Assembly: GCA_951406725.2 (NCBI GenBank)
Contig: OX597821.1
Span: forward strand, 105,152,001 to 105,216,000
Direction of reading: 5' to 3'
Source of the DNA: Octopus vulgaris
Lineage: Eukaryota
DNA length: 64,000 nt
The position numbers and the translations under genes were made by a program. Below the pieces are notes generated by a model. The model saw only the letters and a list, made by a program, of their open reading frames with translations. It searched no databases and was not told the origin of the DNA. This document shows, piece by piece, positions 14,149 through 28,839 of this stretch (its first letter is position 1; each line of letters begins with the position of its first letter).

Positions 14149-16028
14149 CTGAAAGTTCACGTGTGATATATGTCTACCGCTTAGGAATTTAGCGTAGAAT
14201 GTTTGAAGCTCTAACGTGCCTGCTGGAAATAAATATTTGTATTATAGGGAAAGGTAGCTTAAATTATGCACTTGAGTACATGTGAGAGAGAAATATACGT
14301 TAAGTTAAACACAAATAGGAAATAAGTAAAGAATAATTAGAAATAATAGGAGGTATGATTTGAAAATTGAACTTACGTTGTAAGTTGCACTTATGGTGTA
14401 AGCTATGAGGAAAATTATCAAAATATATTCTTTTTGTATATTTTAATCGCTTCGGTTTCATACAATGTTATGATTACATACATAGTAATCATTATAGGAA
14501 ATGTTATGAAAATCTTCAAATGTCATCAATTTTCTCAAACAACCAGACACTACTGCCTATTTGAAACAAAAAGCATGACATGTTCTTATTGAATTGTGGA
14601 AATGGGCTTCATTTTCGACAGCAATCCTGATTCAAATACTCAATTATCCACATCAATTTAATATTCATAATTCTGAGAACAGACTTCAATATGCAACCTT
14701 TTTTTATTAATTTCATATATTTGGTTCATTATGTTTCAAAAGTCGTTTGGGTCATATTCTCTCTAAATTTCTCTTTTAAAGCGCTGCCATTTAATTTTGT
14801 TAAAGTCTGTATTACTTAATTCGTTCCGTTAAAAACCAAATGCTGTATTTATGTCATGAAATTATGATACATTTGTGTGCAACTGGGAATATTCAGAAGA
14901 TATAATTCCATATTTCAGACATTAGATATACATTATAAACAAATTCCATACATTAGCAGCAAGAATTTTCTTTTAGCTAAATAAATAAGCTATGTTTATA
15001 TATTTAAATAAAACTTTTACTTTTGTATTTTATTTCATTCACACGTTTACATTGATACTGGTGAGATTAGTAAGCGCATATAAATGTGTTCATATTGGCT
15101 TTTAAGAAAGAAAAATGAGCTTCAATTGTCATTTATACCAAACAGAATATCCTGCTAATCTGTGGCTCTACTAAGATGAGAATTTAATTGATATTCACAT
15201 CAACGGAACATATAAACTATAATTCTCGAAAGTAATATATAACATACGCTATATGTATGTAATCAATGAGGAAACACACAGATGCTGCATATAAAAAGTC
15301 TTGTTCGGAATGGTAAAGAGAAATTAAAAGAGAGGAGAGAGAGAGAGAGGAAGATTGGAGAAGGACAGTGAGAGAGAAAGAGAGAGAGATAGAAAGAATG
15401 AGTGAGTGGGGGAGTGAGGGAGGGAGATAGAAAGAGAGAACAAAATGTATGAGTACGTATATTATGTTATAAATGTTTCTTTAAATTGGTTTTCTAAATT
15501 TTTGCATTTTCTACTTTACTTTTCGCTGAAGAGCTGTAATTGATGTATATAATATATGCACATAATTCATAGCATTTCAACAGATATTTCCAAAATTATG
15601 AAGAAAAGCATGCAGACTTTCGATGTAATTCTCCGAACAATATTTCAAACATTCATAATAATAGAATGTTTGAACGAAGATATAATTGTAGTGAACGTAC
15701 AAAGAAGTTTTCACCACACTGAAAACAGAATTCCCACACACAAAAATATTGGAATACACCGCCCCCACCCTCACATACACTTACACACCGACATATAGAC
15801 ACACAAAAACACATACATATATATATATATTGGGCTGAAGGGAAGTGAGGACTTACAATAATACTTAACATAACTACAAAGAACAATGTGTCTAGCAGTT
15901 AGTAATAGTTCATTTCACACATCTGATCATCAGTATTAGTGATTACAAGACAAAATACCACTTTGACTACGAAATTTTATAAACATTCGGGGAATAGCAG
16001 CTAATTTCGATTTCGAACTCAGCTCGAA

Positions 16029-16300
16029 AGAGCTTTTAGAAAGGGAAATACAGGAATTGACACTAGGATATAGACGACAAAGCTTTTAGAACGGGAAATA
16101 TAGGAATTGACACTAGGATATAGACGATGCTCCCTCACTACTTATGCTCGTCATCAGAGATGCACATGTCAGTCACTAAGGGACATGCTCAAGTGGCTAA
16201 GTCAAGCAACTGACAAGCAAATTTGTGATTTTGAGCAGAATATTTGCTGTAGTCCATGTGATCGGTTTGGGTGGTTTTCTTTCTTTCAACACATACTATG
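16029..16300. repeat. ~51-bp tandem duplication followed by a fragment of the 59580-60125 family
   Basis: agcttttagaa.gggaaata.aggaattgacactaggatatagacga twice; then gatgctccc...gagcagaatatttgctgtag. Confidence 0.85.
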
Positions 16301-17473
16301 TTCCTTTCATTCATGTTGGGAACGCTTCACGGTATGTTGTCTTCTACGTGAATGCAAGGGAACCGAAAGAAATGTATATATGTAGGTGCGAATGTTTATA
16401 GGCACACAGATGTCTATGTATTTACGTATGTTTATATACTTTGAAATTTACTTCATATTCACATAATTCGGTTTAGACAATAATAACCCAATGTTTCACC
16501 TTTGAAAAATTCATTTCCAAAGTTTGTGTACACGTCAGTTATTAGAATGTTATTAATAACTGGATGCCTACAAGATGGTGGCTATGACTTCACACATGGC
16601 AATTGTCTCCTTGTGCCGACTCATTGTCAGTAGTATTTCTGACATGCCATCTGTGACCTCTCAGATGAACATTCCGTCCAGTTGAAGATCTGTATGTGTT
16701 GAAGTTTAGGTGACCGTCGAAAGTTGTAACCTACTTTGTACTTTCGAATTGGTGTGTCAACGCATGTACCCTCATCTATCGGGCTAGGAATTTAAGGATA
16801 TGGAATGACAAATGAGGTCACTACAACGAAACAGTTTCCTAATCTAAGAGATAGATAGATAGATAGGGAGAGAGAGAGAGAGGGATAGGTAGATAGATAT
16901 ACATATAGGCAGATAGATAGACAGATGAATGGAGACATCAACAGATAGATAGATAGAGAGAGAGAGAGATAGATAGATAGATTGATAGATAGATAGATTG
17001 ATAGATAGATAGACAGATATGTAAGACAAATCGTACCTCTAATATTAGTCAGAAAATATACTATACATAAATAATAAATAAATATTTTCAACGTATGAAA
17101 TGTGTTATTCACATTTTAAGGAAAAATGCCTGTACATAAAAATTATCCCAGTATTTATCAAAATATTATGCAGCATCTAACTGCGGTTGATAAGAACAAG
17201 AACGAAATATTTGAAAGAACTCGTAAAAAAAGAAGTCTGTGAAATCTGTCATCAGAAATAGTAGAATCTGATCCCGCACACTGGAATTCGAGCTGCAATA
17301 ACTTGACAGCTAAATATTTTATGCCCAACCATTTTATTTAGGGGGAGTTACATTAATCATCATATATAATTACTATTTCTGTTGCATACATCACATAAAT
17401 ACATTATTTTCAGACATTATACTATGCTGCTGATGAATACAAAACAAATTTTCAACAGTTTCATCTCTTTGCA

Positions 17474-17513
<40 letters not shown>

Positions 17514-17982
17514 AAATATATTTAAAACAAAGAAATCACTAATAACTTATTTTCCTTTGTATGGTTACTGATGTTGACTGATCATAAGTGAATTTTAATA
17601 AAATATTTAACCAGCAAATAGTGTAATACTAACAGGTGTTTCTGATCAAGAAGAATGATATGCAAACATTATAGACTAAAATATCAAATACATTTGTGAT
17701 TATAAATTTAATAGTTTTAAACAATGATAAAATAAATAAAACTTGAAACATATGCTGCCTTTGAAAGATATTTGGTAGTAAGAAAATATACAATAAAATA
17801 CTTATATCACATTATTTAAATGTGTTGTTTCTTTCCACATAACACAGGAACATGACACATAATTTTATTTAAAACATACTTAAAATATTTATACTGCAGT
17901 GTTAAAGTATATGAAGGCAAATTTTATATTATGTAAACAGAAATTGTAACTCATTTTCGTCACATAGAACTGAAGATGAGTG

Positions 17983-18023
17983 TCTCAACACGTTTTGTGG
18001 TTATTTGGACACTCCTCAGGGAA
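17983..18023 (-). ncRNA. Decayed hammerhead motif
   Basis: TTCC-CTGAGGA-GTG tccaaataac CAC-AAAA-CGTGTT-GAGA; G12 reads A and stem I has a mismatch. Confidence 0.45.
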
Positions 18024-18050
18024 TAATTTCTCAAAGTCTAGTTCACCTAC

Positions 18051-18166
18051 CTAATCACACAATAAGTAACAGTAGAAAACAAATAAGAAATGAATTGCAA
18101 ACAAACTGGTGGAAACATTTTAACGTGCAAAGCATAGTAATACTTTTAGATGTATTCACTGCTGTC
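18051..18166 (-). pseudogene. Candidate signal-peptide exon with in-frame TGA
   Basis: Strong acceptor tattttcatgtttccAG, donor TAG|GTAGGT; MLCTLKCFHQFVCNSFLICFLLLLIV*L then a phase-1 junction. Confidence 0.5.
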
Positions 18167-18231
18167 CTGGAAACATGAAAATATGTAAGGGCTGAAGCTT
18201 TGGTGACAGATGTATATATATATATGTGTGG

Positions 18232-18276
<45 letters not shown>

Positions 18277-18377
18277 ATTACTCCAAAAATTAAACGAGAG
18301 AAACAGAAGAAACAAACAACACGAGCATTTGGTACATGCACATTATCAAAAGACGCTCAGGGAAGCAAAGAAAGATT

Positions 18378-18412
18378 GTTTTACGTTTCGAGTAAAGCTC
18401 TTCTTCAGAATC
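18378..18412 (-). ncRNA. Minimal type I hammerhead motif
   Basis: GATT-CTGAAGA-A-GAG cttta CTC-GAAA-CGTA-AAAC: intact core, ACGU palindromic stem III, GUA site; inside a ~200-bp TA-flanked unit (18280-18485). Confidence 0.65.
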
Positions 18413-19259
18413 GGGAGACAGAGGAAAGTCCAAGAGAAAAGGATGACGGGGAAAATCGTCAACAATCCACATGTAGTTTATTTTGAAATGTATATATATA
18501 TATATATATATATATTTCTATACCCACACAAGCACGAATACACGTGCGCGCGCACACACACACACACGAAAGCACACACACACATACATGTATATGTAGA
18601 CATAATTCGGGTATATTAAGTCTGTGACGTGAGAAAACTGTATATACAGTTAATGCTAACTTTGAAATCTGCAATTAAAAATGACGGAAGTGTGTAGCTG
18701 CCTAAACAAGAATTGGCTATAGGCAGTGTTTTAATAGAGCCGTTTAAAAGAATAAGTGAAGAAACCGACACATAAAGAGGCATCATATCATGATTATAGA
18801 AAAGAATGTTTCAGGGGCTTGAACAAACAGTAACAACAATGTCGGTTCAAGAATGGCATATCATTTTGGATATATGCATATGATGTCATTTTTCCGGGAA
18901 AATTTAAGGTGAGTCTGTATATTAATAATTGATATTAGTATAAGGCAGTTCAGTGTAAATTAAATTCAAATCTGCATGAGAAAGACATGTGCACGAAATC
19001 CCTTATAGCTGTTACAAAAATAAATGCACACTTATTTCAGTTGCTTGGGAGCAGTAAGGATCCAGTATTTTAATGATTATATTTTCCTATTAATAACTTA
19101 ACTTACATCCAACAATTATAACAGTCACCATGAGCATTCCCGAACAAACATTTGTTGAAATATTGCGATATAAGCTAATTTTACGTTAATTTCGACCCTC
19201 ACTTTGTATATAAATGATACATCTGGCATAATACTAGTTGTTTGTCTATCTGTATCTTT

Positions 19260-19340
19260 ATTATCATCATCATCATCATCATCATCGTCATCGTCGTCGT
19301 CGTCGTCATCATCATCCTCATCATCATCATCATTATTATA

Positions 19341-19381
<41 letters not shown>

Positions 19382-19385
19382 CATT
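19260..19385. repeat. (ATC)n/(GTC)n/(ATT)n trinucleotide run
   Basis: Directly visible. Confidence 0.95.
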
Positions 19386-19387
19386 GT

Positions 19388-19850
19388 GTGAGATAGCAGT
19401 GCATGTCATTAAAGTGACACTGGGGTAAAATATACGAAGTCCAGTACACCCACCATGACCACCCATCTGATAGGGGTACACCAGATACATGCATCACAAT
19501 TATATGTGCGCAATATAGTGATCTCATATCAAGATAAACAGCGCATGACATTATAGATAGTGCCCAGTTAGAATTTTCTTCTGGTCAAGTAACCGAACCC
19601 GCTCAAAAGGTCCATAAAGGAGGATTGTCTAAGGATGATGAACAAAATTCCCATGATTCCAAAAGCGAAATGTCCAAACCGAAAAGATTCCTCTCAACAC
19701 ATGGCTATGATGCTCCCCCACTACTTCTGCTCGTGATCAGAGTTGCACATATCGTCAGTCACTAAGGGACATGCTCAAGTGGCTAAGTGCAGCAAATGAC
19801 AAGCAAAGTTGTGATATTGAGCAGAATATTTGCTGTAGCCCATGTGATCC
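19388..19850. mobile_element. Interspersed repeat abutting (ATT)n, same family as 59580-60125
   Basis: Co-linear identity, e.g. gtgatctcatatcaagataaacagcg and ccgctcaaaaggtcc. Confidence 0.88.
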
Positions 19851-21035
19851 ATTCTTCCCCTCCCCACAAAAATCCAGGCTTTGTGTGTATATAAGAAAAG
19901 AGTATTATTATGTTAATATATACATGTGTATGTATGTGTCTCTACATATTTGTGTGCATATTTGTCTACACACACACATATGTATATAATACACATGTAG
20001 GTTTGTATGTTCGCGTGAGTCCTTTCATTTGCCTCTTGCAATTTGATAATTGCTTTGGATATATTTAGATATAGTTAAAAATATTTAGGTTTCAGCAAAA
20101 GAGACATGAATGTGATAAATATTTCGCTCAGACCTATGCAGTCAGAGAATGTTTTATCAACCAAAAAGGACTCTTCTTGGAAAGCCAGCATAGACACTTT
20201 CAAATGAGTCAAATACAAAAAATTAAATTATAAGTAATAAAGAAAATCATAATCAAAACATCTGGAGGGTCACCGCTGGAATCTCTCAAAACTGAGATTT
20301 GTAAAATTCAATTTTAATGATTTTTGTCAATATACCAAGCATACAAAGACAAAGCCAATGCAGAAAATGCAAAAGAAATCTATTTTATGGTAATTTAATA
20401 AAATAAATATTCAATGAACGATAATACTGCTTTTCCCTCGACAAACATCGTCTAATTTTTGTACGTAAAATAAAATCGATACAACAATAACATTATAAGA
20501 GGTGTAACTAAATTTCCGAAGTAAGTTTCCATGGATATGTGAATGCTTCCATATGCTGAAGAAACATTCAAAGGTATACAACAAGCAGAAGTTCCACTAA
20601 TAGGTTTTCTTCAGCATAGTAGAACTAAACAAAGAAATATTTTCGTAGGAACCAAACAAGTTTACAGTTCATGCAACGATAATAATATCATTCATAATAT
20701 ATCGATAACACATTTAAACAATGAGTGCACACGTACATACATACATACATACATATACATACATACATACATACATAAATGTGTATGAGTGTATTAAAGA
20801 AGTAGCGATCTCCCCAAAAAAGTCAGTAACAAGCTTTTGATCTCACCGACAGTTGAAAATCGTGATATTCCACAATAGACTAGACGTGCACGCACTTAGT
20901 GATATACCACAGCTGCAAATTTATATGTATACATACGCCTATGTATGTTTATACAACTGCCCGAACCCACACACATTTATATATCCTGAACGTGTCTAAC
21001 TGCTAAGGAATCTCAGATTTGATAAACCATTACGA

Positions 21036-21079
<44 letters not shown>

Positions 21080-21088
21080 GATATATAT

Positions 21089-21609
<521 letters not shown>

Positions 21610-21664
21610 AATTAGTAAATGAGAAAAAATCCAAGGCTGTGAAAGATTTTAAGACATTTATAAA

Positions 21665-21715
21665 TAGGTCTTAGAGCTGTTTCCGGGATATTTTATATAT
21701 CTCTTTATCGGAAAC
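21665..21715 (-). ncRNA. Decayed hammerhead-like motif
   Basis: CCGATAA-agagatat ataaa atatcccg-GAAA-CAGCTC-taagac; core mutated. Confidence 0.35.
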
Positions 21716-21877
21716 AGTGCAATAACATAGTTAAGCAATAGTTATTCTAGATAAGATATGAAATAGAGAGTGAAGTGGCGGAATGAAAATAGACGTGAGA
21801 TTGTAAATTGTGAGTTAGTTATGTTAGTATTTAAAATTTGTCATATATATAATATAGAAAATGTGAGAGATTTTTGG

Positions 21878-21935
21878 TACAGTTAGATATATTTGAAATA
21901 CCGACTTTACCGTTACTTCTCATCAGTTTAATGTA
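21878..21935 (-). ncRNA. Decayed hammerhead motif
   Basis: CTGATGA, ~10-bp stem II gaagtaacgg/tcggtatttc, then AAA-TATATC (G12 missing); ATATAT palindrome. Confidence 0.5.
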
Positions 21936-22396
21936 TTATTCTTCAATTTTTCTATAATATAAAATTTACACTTCACTTTATAGTTCTAATAAGTTCTTTG
22001 TTATCTTGGGTGGGGAATTTTTTACAAAACTTCCACGCGCGCCAGCTTAATTTAAATCGTAATTAGTTGAAAGACACCTGTTGTTATGTCCTGTTATTTT
22101 TATTTGTGTAACATTCTACTTTTTTTCCCGTCCTTGTTTTCGTATGCATTTGCTGCTTTCTTCCAAGGAATCTAATGCTCTAAGCTTATTTTCCCCTTGG
22201 GACTGGCGAGATTGGAGAAATCTCGAGTATAACCTGCCGAAATTGCAAAGATAATCTGGAACTCGTCGAAGGAAAGATAATTCCGAAAAACCCGTCCTTG
22301 TTTTCTTTGTATCGCTTATCTGGAGGTTTTGATGTGCCTTTCTTGTATCACCAAACTGTCTGGATGTTTTGCGTTCTCGTCGCATTCTGTATTATA

Positions 22397-22495
<99 letters not shown>

Positions 22496-22779
22496 GCACC
22501 GCATGCCATTCTCTAGATATGATCAGAAACATAGGATTCAGGTTTAAGGCGAGCTAGATAGAAACAAGTTAGATAGCATTATATGTAATAAAACTAGTGG
22601 TACCTGCCCTAGATATAGACGTAAAGACTGGAATATGATACAAAGACCTGGTGACAAAGCAAACAGACTGAACATGCGGTGCAAATCCGATAAATAATCC
22701 GAAAAATATCAAGGAGTGATGTTTAGGGAGGCCCCAGCACATGGAGAAGTAACCTAAGAATTAGGAAAGATCTGGAGGA

Positions 22780-23230
22780 GATCAAGCCCAACATTAAGGT
22801 AGTTGAAAAGCCAGGGAAACCCATCAGACCACAACTATGTAGGATATACCCCTTTAACTAAACCACATGCACCAATGATAACTACGTGGTATGTAAAATT
22901 AACCTTGGAATTAACCTTAGAACTAGAAATGAAGTCTTCAGCATAAGGTGCATAGAGATTGCCTGTAAAGTCAAGGTCAGGATATACATAACTGAGACAT
23001 CAAGTAGAATTGCGGAGAGACTAAATGAAACATTTGAGACAATATGACGATAAAAAGCAGTCACCCGCACTCTACCAACATGTCAAAGGCCAACATGGAG
23101 GCATACTGGGTAAACTTGACATTCGCATTTTATCCAAGCACCCCGAAGGACCCAACACCCAAACAAATACAGGAGTACGTCCTCGGAAATGAAACATCTC
23201 TAGTACTAAATAGGAAATATATGTAGAAGG
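22780..23230 (+). mobile_element. Decayed GIY-YIG (Penelope-like) fragment
   Basis: EVFSIRCIEIACKVKVRIYITETSSRIAERL resembles VIY.I.C..C....YIGETSR.L.ERL.EH. Confidence 0.5.
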
Positions 23231-23437
23231 TAGTCATACCCCAATACCCACAGTTTATATATACATACGTATAGGTGTTAGTAGGTTATTATGTAAACGT
23301 GTATATATGTATATACACGTGTGTGTATGTGTGTGTGCGTATGTATGTGTATATATATGTGTGTGTATATATATATATATATAAATATATATATTTAAAA
23401 AAGGAGATGTGGAACACGAGTTGTGTTATATGAAAAT

Positions 23438-23722
23438 AGGAAATGAAGAAAATGCTGACAAAATAATTTAAAGTAAAGGAGAGTGTATTTAATTTACCGG
23501 TTGCGCATTTGTTATGCTTATCAAAAGATATATTTTTAAGAGAGATAGAGTTCCTTTCTGATAAATTTTTTCTCTTATCTGATAAGAGAAAAAAAATGTA
23601 TCAGAAAGGAACTCTATCTCTCTTAAAAATATATATTTTGATAAGCATAACAAATGCGCAAGCGGTAAATTAAATACACTCTCCTTTACTTAAAATTATT
23701 TTGTCAGCATTTTCTTCATTTC

Positions 23723-23724
<2 letters not shown>
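23438..23724. repeat. Near-perfect fold-back palindrome (~143-bp arms, 1-nt spacer)
   Basis: Centre ctcttatc-T-gataagag at 23580; arms are reverse complements with only a few differences. Confidence 0.97.
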
Positions 23725-23801
<77 letters not shown>

Positions 23802-23844
23802 CGTATATGTATGTATATGTATATAAATATACATATTGTGAAAA

Positions 23845-24135
23845 CATGTGGGTTGGTGGTTAGGGAATTTGGTTCGTAAGGCCGTGAGTTCAATATCGGG
23901 GAGGCGTTGTATACTTGGCAAAGTCACTTTATTTCTCGTTGCTCCAGGTCTCTTAGCTGTCAGAAAATGAGTCACAGCTGTATTTCAAAGGGACAGCCTT
24001 GTCAACACTGTCTCCCTCTGGCTCCCTCTCCCTTAGAACTACGTATCTCTTGAGTGCTCAGTCAGTTGTGCGTCAATTTCACGAGCAAGCTGTTTCGTTG
24101 ACCGTATCGGCTGGGGCCCTCATCCTTGTAAGCGA
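23845..24135 (+). mobile_element. Old tRNA-derived SINE
   Basis: Diverged match to 13459 family head and body (ggcaaagtcactttatttc.cgttgctc). Confidence 0.7.
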
Positions 24136-24587
24136 TGTTTATATGTATAAATGTAGGTAAATGGATATATAAGTAAACAGACAAACAAGTATGTATGTGC
24201 ATAGGCAATATGGATAGACATGCACACACACAAATACACACTCACAAACACAAATACAAACACAGAAACACATGAATATGCAAGATACTTACATATATAC
24301 AAACGTATAGACGTATACTTATATATGTGTAAACACATTCATGCATACATGCATAGATTCACGCACATATATATGTTAATACACATGCACACCGACGCAC
24401 TCACATGCCCACTAACAAAGATACAAGCAACAAGAACGCAGCTCTGATAACGGACGGTGTTAACAACTACTGAAAAGTTTGCATGACGCAAAGGAAATTT
24501 TATAAAAAGTAGAGAGAGAGAGGAGAGGAAATCGAACCGGTGAGTGTGTTAAATATTAACGCATTAAAAGAAAATACCACTCCTCTG

Positions 24588-24655
<68 letters not shown>

Positions 24656-24793
24656 ATGTATATATACATGTAAATATTTATATGTTTATATATATGTAGA
24701 TACGTATGGATGTCTGTATATGTAGAGATACACGTAATAATGTCTACTTTTAAGCTTACAGGTACATATGTGTGTGTATATACTACATACATG

Positions 24794-24839
<46 letters not shown>

Positions 24840-25008
24840 TACATACATATATATATATATACATACATACATATATGTATATATATATATATACATACAT
24901 ACATGTATATATAAATGCATATATATATATACATATATATCTATATATATACATATGTATATATATGCATAGATATAAATATATAAATACAAAAACACAC
25001 TCACACAG

Positions 25009-25660
25009 TCGAGAGATTCCCACACCATTATCCTTCTCTTCTCCACTTTTGTCCGACCCCACCTTGAATACTGCTGTCCACTGTGGTCTCCCTACACAAA
25101 ACAAAATATTATGAGAATTGAAGCTCCCCGAAGGTCAATCACAAAAAAGATAGATGGCATGTCAGACCCCGATTACTGGGGTAGATTAGAGAAGCTGAAA
25201 CTGTATTCACTCCAACGACGCCGTGAACGCTATATTACCTGCGTGATGTGGGAAATATTCCATCAGCACTGTTCGAATGATGTTGGCATCACCTTCAAAA
25301 TACATCCAAGGCTTCGACCACGTTCCATCCGTCTACAACAAAAATCTAAATCGCATCACATAACGACAATACTGCACAATTATTTCACCTCAATTGGACC
25401 CGCTCTCTTCAAAATTACACCAGGACACGTCAAAACAGAAACTGACCACACAAAATTCAAGAGGTCTTTGGACAAATTCCTTCAAGCAGTCCCGGACAAA
25501 CCACCCACACCCGGATATGTCACCGCAAACAATAACTCTCTGCTCGAATGGGCCTTGGTGCCTAAATCCTGAATTGAAAGACTTCACCAGGTGGTGCTGT
25601 TAAGTCAGACATGGCCAAGGCCAATAATAGCCAAAACATTTCTAAGTTATTCTAAGTTAT
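25009..25660 (+). mobile_element. LINE 3' fragment (same group as 4527-5770)
   Basis: [15 protein letters not shown]...LKLYSLQRRRERY...VPDKP...NNSL; tail ttctaagttat twice. Confidence 0.93.
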
Positions 25661-25815
25661 GTATGTATATGTATGTATGTATATATACATGTACATATTT
25701 ATATGTTTATATATATATAGATACGTATGGATGTCTGTATATGTAGAGATATACGTAATAATGTCTACTTTTAAGCTTACATGTATATATATATATATGT
25801 ATGTGTATATATGTG

Positions 25816-25882
<67 letters not shown>

Positions 25883-25924
25883 GCATACATACATACATAT
25901 AGATATATATAGATATATATTCAT

Positions 25925-25958
<34 letters not shown>

Positions 25959-26046
25959 ACATACATGTATATATAAATGCATATATATATACATATATAT
26001 CTATATATACATATATATATATAAATGCATATATATAAATATATAA

Positions 26047-26122
<76 letters not shown>

Positions 26123-26849
26123 GTGCACGCACATACGTAGATCAGATTTTGGAATAAACAGGAAAATAGGCAGACGGATCGATCGACAGGAAGATGAAGA
26201 AGCATTTACTTCACTTAGTTCCACTATCATTTACTCTGAGATTTTCAGTTGTTTCTAAAACAAAACTTTATGTAATGAAGCTAGACTTCAAGCTCAAATT
26301 ATTTTCTGGCAAACATCTCTCGTTCATTGTCTCATAATGTGTTTTTCTTTTGTTGAGTTCGCAAATAAAATTTAACTGTACTAAATATAGTCTTGGAATG
26401 TGTTTGCGTATACCTTTTCCAGTGGTTACTAGAATTAAATATCGACGTTTTGACTTACAGTTAATCGAGATATTGTCTGGAAGAATACCTTCGAAGAGAT
26501 TTTAACTTTGCTCTCACTTCTTAGGATAAAAAACAATGTTTGCAATCATTTTCGAAGTCTGCTTATACGCCTATTCCGAGAGATTTTGGATTAACCACCA
26601 GAAAGCAGATATGAAATTGTATCCAAAATGTATACGCATTTTATTATAAACATACCCATAAATGATATCGGCAACATAAAATCAATGAACGTTACTGAAA
26701 ATAGTGTACTCTATTAAGTATGGACTCTGTCTTGTAGATCTTACTGCGGTTGCAATTCGCATTCATCACATAACGTAGGTAATGAGCTATCACGTTCAGC
26801 AACCAAAAACGTATGACCAGTAGAATTATGCTCTTGGATCCTGATGAAT

Positions 26850-27800
26850 ATGTTAATGAAAACATAAAAACAGGCCGACGACAGGTTTAGGAGTTCATAT
26901 TTTCCCTTAATGCTTTTGAGAGCAACAGAAAATGTTTTAGGTCCTTTTAATTTTGGCAAAATCTTTCGTTTGATGTAGAAAGATGTTACTGCACTGGCCT
27001 GAAATGGGATTCCTGCAACGTCGTTCATGATTGCCAGAACTGAAGTAGACTTTTTAACTTGAAGCTATCTCTCAACCTAGCATATAATCAAAATCATGCA
27101 CGAAATATAGGCGGAGCATCTAGATAAAAAGGAAACTTTAAGCAGAACGAGCCAAAAGTATTAGAACACAAATGCTAAGTAGTTGTGAATATGAAGCTCT
27201 CGATTATAAGATGTAAAGTCTTAGCTTGCCATTAATATCGAGATTGCGGTCATAATGTTACGCTCCGGTGATTTCGGGTTATATCTAACTTGTCTTTTGA
27301 AAGGAAATCCCTACGATGCCGTAACATATCGTGCATATAAAGTCGAGGATATAACAATTCGGTTTTCTATTAACACTAGCATTACATGTCACAGAGATTT
27401 CTCAGTTGGTAAAATGTTAATTCTTTTTGTGAGAAATGTTTACCGACCACTTGGTAGTTGAAGTAGAGCTGTCAACCTAGAAATTGGGGAGCATTCAATC
27501 AACACAATGGACTACGATCCAATCTCTCTTATATAGCACAATAGCAATCTAATCCACATAATCACTACTCAGCGAACATCACAGTTCATGGCAACAATAC
27601 TGGTGTGTAAAAAAAGCTTTGCTATACCCACAATTGCATTTGGATGACACATACCTTTAGAGTGGTAGAAGTATAGCTGTTGCAATTGCGATGTTCAACG
27701 TAGAAGGAACTCCAATTACGGGTCCTTAGTTCCTATTAAAACCGTTTCTCATTTTAAATTGTGTGTCCGTTTAGATTGACCAGAAACTATATGAATTAAA
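26850..27800 (+). mobile_element. Decayed Helitron PIF1-type helicase region
   Basis: VTALA*NGIPAT...RT...LKLSLNL and IMLRSGDF match the ALA.SGIAAT..GRTAHS.FKLPLNL and LLSGDFRQ motifs. Confidence 0.65.
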
Positions 27801-28789
27801 TATAACTAGAATCTCTCCATTTCAAAAAATATAATTAAATGCAGGATATAAAAAGTCTGAAAATCTTCCCACATCTTCGAAGTAGTGAAGAATAGAACTT
27901 GTGACTTGAGAGGTGTATTTATTTTCAGTCAAATTCTATGCAAATATAACTTCAGAAGAGCAGTGAATAAAACGGCAATGTTATGAAATTTTATTGCTGT
28001 ACAAAAGTTATAAAAACATGTATGAATCTCGGGATGCATGTAACGCTGGGTTATTCCCTATATAGTGTGCATATATAAAAAATATATATATGGATATATG
28101 CATGGGTGGGTGTTGAACAGAATCTTCAGTGTTAATGTTATTTGTAGTATTTATAGATAATATGGTTGAAGGTAGTCCATACTTTTCAAAGAATATTAGC
28201 TGATGGAAATTGATACTTTATTTCATGTTCTCTGGTAAATTTAGTGAAAAACAATTAAAAACAATTTGTTTTTCTGCAATGGTATTTTCAAATAATGTTT
28301 GAGAATAGCATATTATTAATTTTGAGAGGATGTGTAGTTATTGCCATCTTTCTTTTTTTATTTCTCTTTACTCTTGAAATTGTATCACGTTTTGAGAAAT
28401 TCATTATAATATTAAGAATTATCAATTTTGTTTCGGTTTTCCTCGCAACGGAACAATCAATTACGAACGATGCTTAATTTGTGCTGCCATTTCCAAATGG
28501 AAATTGCTGATTGAAAACGGATTCTTGTTTATGAGCCAACGTGTTATTTGTAAATATTGATTAAAAGCACACTAAATCTGATGGGTAATTATCAATGACC
28601 TCACACCTCGTGCTTATCTATTCCCAGATGAACGAAGTTCGGTTTCAAAGCAAGATTAGTATTATCAGCAACAGATTCCTATGTTAAGACTTCTCATCAC
28701 GCAAAAATACAAAATAAAATCTTGGAACGCACTTCACTGAATACACTTCATTTAAAAGAATGAGAGCAAGCAAACCCAAACAAGCGTAC

Positions 28790-28839
<50 letters not shown>

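Noticed and set aside
15520-15580. CTGAAGA followed by an imperfect hairpin (similar case at 8837)
   Set aside because: No GAAA after the stem.
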